Of a DNA stretch of 17,609 nt, positions 15,953 through 17,609 are shown in pieces. Source of the DNA: Promethearchaeota archaeon (GTDB lineage Archaea > Asgardarchaeota > Thorarchaeia > Thorarchaeales > Thorarchaeaceae); assembly GCA_027031765.1 (NCBI GenBank), contig JALVPN010000091.1, positions 1-17,609 on the forward strand. The letters run 5' to 3'. How positions within the stretch are numbered: the stretch's first letter is position 1; every line of letters begins with the position of its first letter. The translations under genes were made by a program, and so were the position numbers. The notes under the pieces were generated by a model. The model saw only the letters and a list, made by a program, of their open reading frames with translations. It made no database searches and had not been told where the DNA came from.

Positions 15953-17238
15953 CGTCGGCGTACCGTCACGAGGTGAGCACTGCAACTAATGCAGGGGTCA
16001 TAGGCCCGTGCAATCATCTCGAACTGGAGTTCCATGTTGTCAGTCTCGCCCCGTGTCAGGAGCTCTTCGCCACTCCGCCTGATGAACGCCTCGATGTCAT
16101 CAAGGAACATTGCCGTCGGCGTGATGTAGTTGGCAAAGACCGTCTTCCCGCCCTTGAGCTCGTAGTGGTGGACAAGTGTCCCTCGTGGTGCCTCCACAGC
16201 ACCCACTCCAGTCCCGCTGTCCCGGGCCGGGGGCACGACCTCTGGCGGCTCACACCCGAGTACTGCGTCCACGGTGCTGATGATCCCTTCAAGGGAGAAG
16301 ACCTGCTCGACAGCCTGCGCGAAGTTGTTATAGAGTGGGTTGCGGTGCCACTGTGGGCTGTACAGGTCGTTGAGGGCGTCCTTGGCATGTCCCTCCAAGC
16401 GGTCACCGAGCAGCAGGGTCCTTGCCAGGGCTCCGACAGAGAAGGGCTTCCCGTTGTACGTGCTCCGTTTCGCAAAGCTGTGCCCAACAACACGTTCCAC
16501 TATGACCTGCTGGTAGTGTTCCGTCGGGTGTTCCTTCCCATCTGAGGTCAGGAAGGCGTCGCCAAAGTAGTCGTAGCCACTGTGTGGGGGCTTGCAGCAG
16601 AGGAACTGGGTGTCGCGTTCCATGTGGTCGGGCACCTCCAGCGTGCTGAGTAGCTCTATGGTCTGGAGGGCGAACGGGAGCAGCTCCTCCGCCTCACTCC
16701 TGATTGACAGCAGGGTTTCCCGGCTGGGGAGCTTGCCGAACCCGCCCAGTACCGGGTTCTCCCCATGGATCATCCGGCCCCCCATGGTCCGCATTACACG
16801 GTTGCCGAACTTCTTCAGTCTGAGGGCGTTGGTGACCACATCACCGAACCTCTCCGCCATCTGTACGGCGTTGTCATAACCGAAGAAGTCTGGCAGGGCC
16901 AGGAAGTACAGGTGGAGGCTGTGGCTCTCGATGATCTCCCCATGGTGCATCAGGTGACGGTAGTGGTCAGTGGCCTCAGGCACCTCGATGTCCAGTGCCT
17001 TCTCAAGTGCCCGCAGGCTGGCGTACTTGTGCGAAAGGTTACATATCGCACATATCCTCGGGACTATGCTGAGGTCTTCCTCTGGGGTCTTCCCTATCAC
17101 CAGGGTCTCGAACAGTCGCGGCCCTTCCAGGATGCGCACCTTGACGTCCACAATCGTGTCGTCCTCAATCTCGACGAGGATGCCGCCGTGCCCCTCGACC
17201 CGTGCCAGCGGTTCTACCTTGATCTCTCTCCTTGTCAT
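15949..17238 (-). CDS. hydA: Group 3b [NiFe]-hydrogenase (sulfhydrogenase-type) large/alpha subunit
   Basis: RVEGHG; L1 PRICAICNLSHKYAS; VEAPRG; L2 RAYDPCISCSAH followed by a 7-aa cleavable tail; SD GGAGGT. Confidence 0.9.
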   Translation of the reverse strand: MTRREIKVEPLARVEGHGGILVEIEDDTIVDVKVRILEGPRLFETLVIGKTPEEDLSIVPRICAICNLSHKYASLRALEKALDIEVPEATDHYRHLMHHGEIIESHSLHLYFLALPDFFGYDNAVQMAERFGDVVTNALRLKKFGNRVMRTMGGRMIHGENPVLGGFGKLPSRETLLSIRSEAEELLPFALQTIELLSTLEVPDHMERDTQFLCCKPPHSGYDYFGDAFLTSDGKEHPTEHYQQVIVERVVGHSFAKRSTYNGKPFSVGALARTLLLGDRLEGHAKDALNDLYSPQWHRNPLYNNFAQAVEQVFSLEGIISTVDAVLGCEPPEVVPPARDSGTGVGAVEAPRGTLVHHYELKGGKTVFANYITPTAMFLDDIEAFIRRSGEELLTRGETDNMELQFEMIARAYDPCISCSAHLVTVRRR

Positions 17239-17252
17239 CTCTCTACCTCCGC

Positions 17253-17609
17253 CTACTCGTCAGCGATGTACTCCAGGATCTTGTGCCCGCCAAAGTTCCT
17301 GACCCGGCGGACTACATCCTCACGCGTCATCCCGAAGCTCTCAAGCAGCTTGAAGTGCTCCTTGAAGTTCCCATCCGGGTTTGGCCCCCAGCAGCCCACA
17401 CAGGGGAGGCCGTGGCTGGGACACACCGCACCGCAACCACCTGCAGTAAGGGGCCCAAGACAGAACTTCTTGTCGTGGAGAAGGCACCTGTTCTCGTTCA
17501 GCTTGCACTCGTGACACACCGGATGGGGGTACGGCTCTGGCGCCATACCGTGTAGGAGACGTGACAGCAGTGCCATGGTCTGCGACTGGCTGACAGGACA
17601 ACCTGGGAG
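17253..17609 (-). CDS. hydD: Group 3b [NiFe]-hydrogenase small/delta subunit, C-terminal part (5' end beyond the window)
   Basis: The frame stays open to the window edge (LPGCPVSQSQTMA...); VCHECK...CLL...CLGPLTAGGCGAVCP...PCVGCWGP Fe-S motif set. Confidence 0.88.
   Translation of the reverse strand, partial: LPGCPVSQSQTMALLSRLLHGMAPEPYPHPVCHECKLNENRCLLHDKKFCLGPLTAGGCGAVCPSHGLPCVGCWGPNPDGNFKEHFKLLESFGMTREDVVRRVRNFGGHKILEYIADE

Noticed and set aside
15949-17609. Selenocysteine recoding in the hydrogenase or the HdrD-like protein
   Set aside because: All metal-ligand positions visible in the window are ordinary Cys codons, and the ORFs are uninterrupted.

Overview
GC-rich (roughly 60% by eye), gene-dense prokaryotic window. 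It looks archaeal: TATA/BRE-like boxes, GGTGA/GAGGTG-type Shine-Dalgarno motifs, frequent GTG starts and an archaeal-style split methylmalonyl-CoA mutase. An Asgard (Thorarchaeia-like) origin is plausible but is only inference. From left to right it holds an HdrD/GlpC-like CCG Fe-S protein, a DUF998-like membrane protein, an MFS transporter, low-specificity threonine aldolase, a minus-strand methylmalonyl-CoA operon (B12-binding subunit, MeaB, large subunit, epimerase), an orphan helical protein, a CoA-transferase alpha/beta + HAD hydrolase operon, three poorly characterised genes, BirA, and the delta (partial) and alpha subunits of a group 3b [NiFe]-hydrogenase. The most unusual part is 12082-14947. 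It encodes (i) an MJ0042-type zinc finger joined to a Cys-packed tail anchor, (ii) a divergently transcribed polytopic membrane protein ending in a TPR motif, and (iii) a C45/Ntn-hydrolase homologue whose nucleophile Cys is replaced by Thr and whose TNH motif reads TGH. I found no tRNA, rRNA, CRISPR array or mobile element. All family assignments come from recognising motifs by eye; no database search was run.
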